From: Podarcis filfolensis | Taxonomy: Eukaryota | Reading direction: 5' to 3' (one strand) | Length of the DNA: 64,000 bases | Assembly: GCA_964270895.1 (NCBI GenBank) | Contig: OZ185443.1 | Shown here: piece after piece, positions 63,183 to 64,000 of the stretch | Layout: every line of letters starts with the position of its first letter | Position numbering within the stretch: the first letter of the stretch is position 1 | Position numbers and translations under genes: made by a program | Notes under the pieces: generated by a model | Told to the model about the DNA's origin: nothing | Database searches by the model: none | What the model saw: only the letters and a program-made list of their open reading frames with translations

Positions 63183-63260
63183 TAATAATAATAATAATAA
63201 TAAATTTTATTTATATCCCGCCCTCCCCAGCCGAAGCCAGGCTCAGGGCGGCTAACAACA
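63183..63260 (-). mobile_element. Extreme 3' tail of an L2-type element with (TTA)n end
   Basis: Reverse complement TGTTAGCCGCCCTGAGCCTGGCTTCGGCTGGGGAGGGCGGGATATAAATAAAATTTATTATTA; CpGs intact, so young. Confidence 0.6.
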
Positions 63261-63914
63261 TTCAAATAATCAAATAATAATTGTAATTGTGGCAGCCATG
63301 TTTGTTTATTCATCTGGTCACAGTATACAACGGGATGGTCTGATTTGTTTACCTCAAAAAGGACTTGCAGGTGAAGAAAGCTGAGCCCTCCACATTTCTC
63401 TGCTTTTCCTCTCTAAGGTTCATTCAGCAGTAGACAGGGCATGCTGACCCATGGCAGAATCAGTTTTGTCATGAACACTTGGAGTTACTATATTATTACT
63501 AATTACACCTCTGTAATTAGTGGTGAGTGGGGACATACAGAGTGCATCAGTGCATATTATAGCTGGCCTCCCTCTGTCTGTCTGGAATCCCAAGAAGGAA
63601 AGAAACTCCCCCGTCTTCGCATTCCCTATAGGCAGAGATGGCCAGATTGCACTTGAAGTGGTTACCTGACCCTCACCCCTCTCCACACGCTTGCAGTTGA
63701 GAGCTGTTGAGAGCTTCGCTCTTGCAGCCAGAGAAGATCCTTGCCACACAGAAAAATGAATTGCTGGCAGGGCCTGTTGCTTTATTGCCTAAGCATTCAC
63801 TTACACCACACCTGAGACCAGGTCAGGCAGGGAGACGGATGGGTAGTAGGATGGCAGGTATGCCAGCAGAATCCCTGACACATTCAATTGAAAGCTCCTG
63901 ATAGCACCTGAAGT

Positions 63915-63918
<4 letters not shown>

Positions 63919-63948
<30 letters not shown>
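63919..63948. repeat. (TG)15 microsatellite
   Basis: Read directly. Confidence 0.95.
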
Positions 63949-63950
<2 letters not shown>

Positions 63951-64000
63951 ATACATTTTACCCTAAAAGTACAAAAATGGTAAAGTTAAGGCAGTAAAAT

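Noticed and set aside
1-64000. Endogenous viral genes, NUMT, rRNA, snRNA or snoRNA
   Set aside because: No sequence I could recognise as any of these on either strand; a weak or novel case could be missed without Rfam or BLAST searches.

Overview
Eukaryotic, repeat-rich, non-coding DNA from a squamate reptile. A Sauria SINE and Squam3-like SINEs place it in Squamata; a lacertid lizard is my inference. The window looks like a long intron or intergenic region. I found no intact protein-coding gene, and the ORF-track entries are chance ORFs or decayed transposon frames. The clearest gene-derived feature is a full-length, intronless, disabled retrocopy of ERH (enhancer of rudimentary homolog) at about 41957-42829. 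It keeps a 5'UTR, 3'UTR, AATAAA and A-tail, sits in a 16-bp target-site duplication at a TTT|AAAA L1-type site, and carries a later hAT MITE in its 3'UTR. The rest is layered mobile DNA: six copies of one TA-flanked Tc1/mariner/pogo-type MITE plus a sister family, several hAT MITEs with 8-bp TSDs (one carrying a 22-bp TTAGGG-containing minisatellite), Harbinger-like palindromic MITEs, a hAT transposase fossil, L2 and CR1 LINE fragments, four SINE types, a probable solo LTR, microsatellites and a 220-nt assembly gap. A few non-repeat blocks with retained CpGs or dense TF motifs are candidate regulatory elements. I found no convincing evidence of a previously undescribed biological system. Family names were assigned by eye from remembered consensus sequences and need RepeatMasker/Dfam confirmation.
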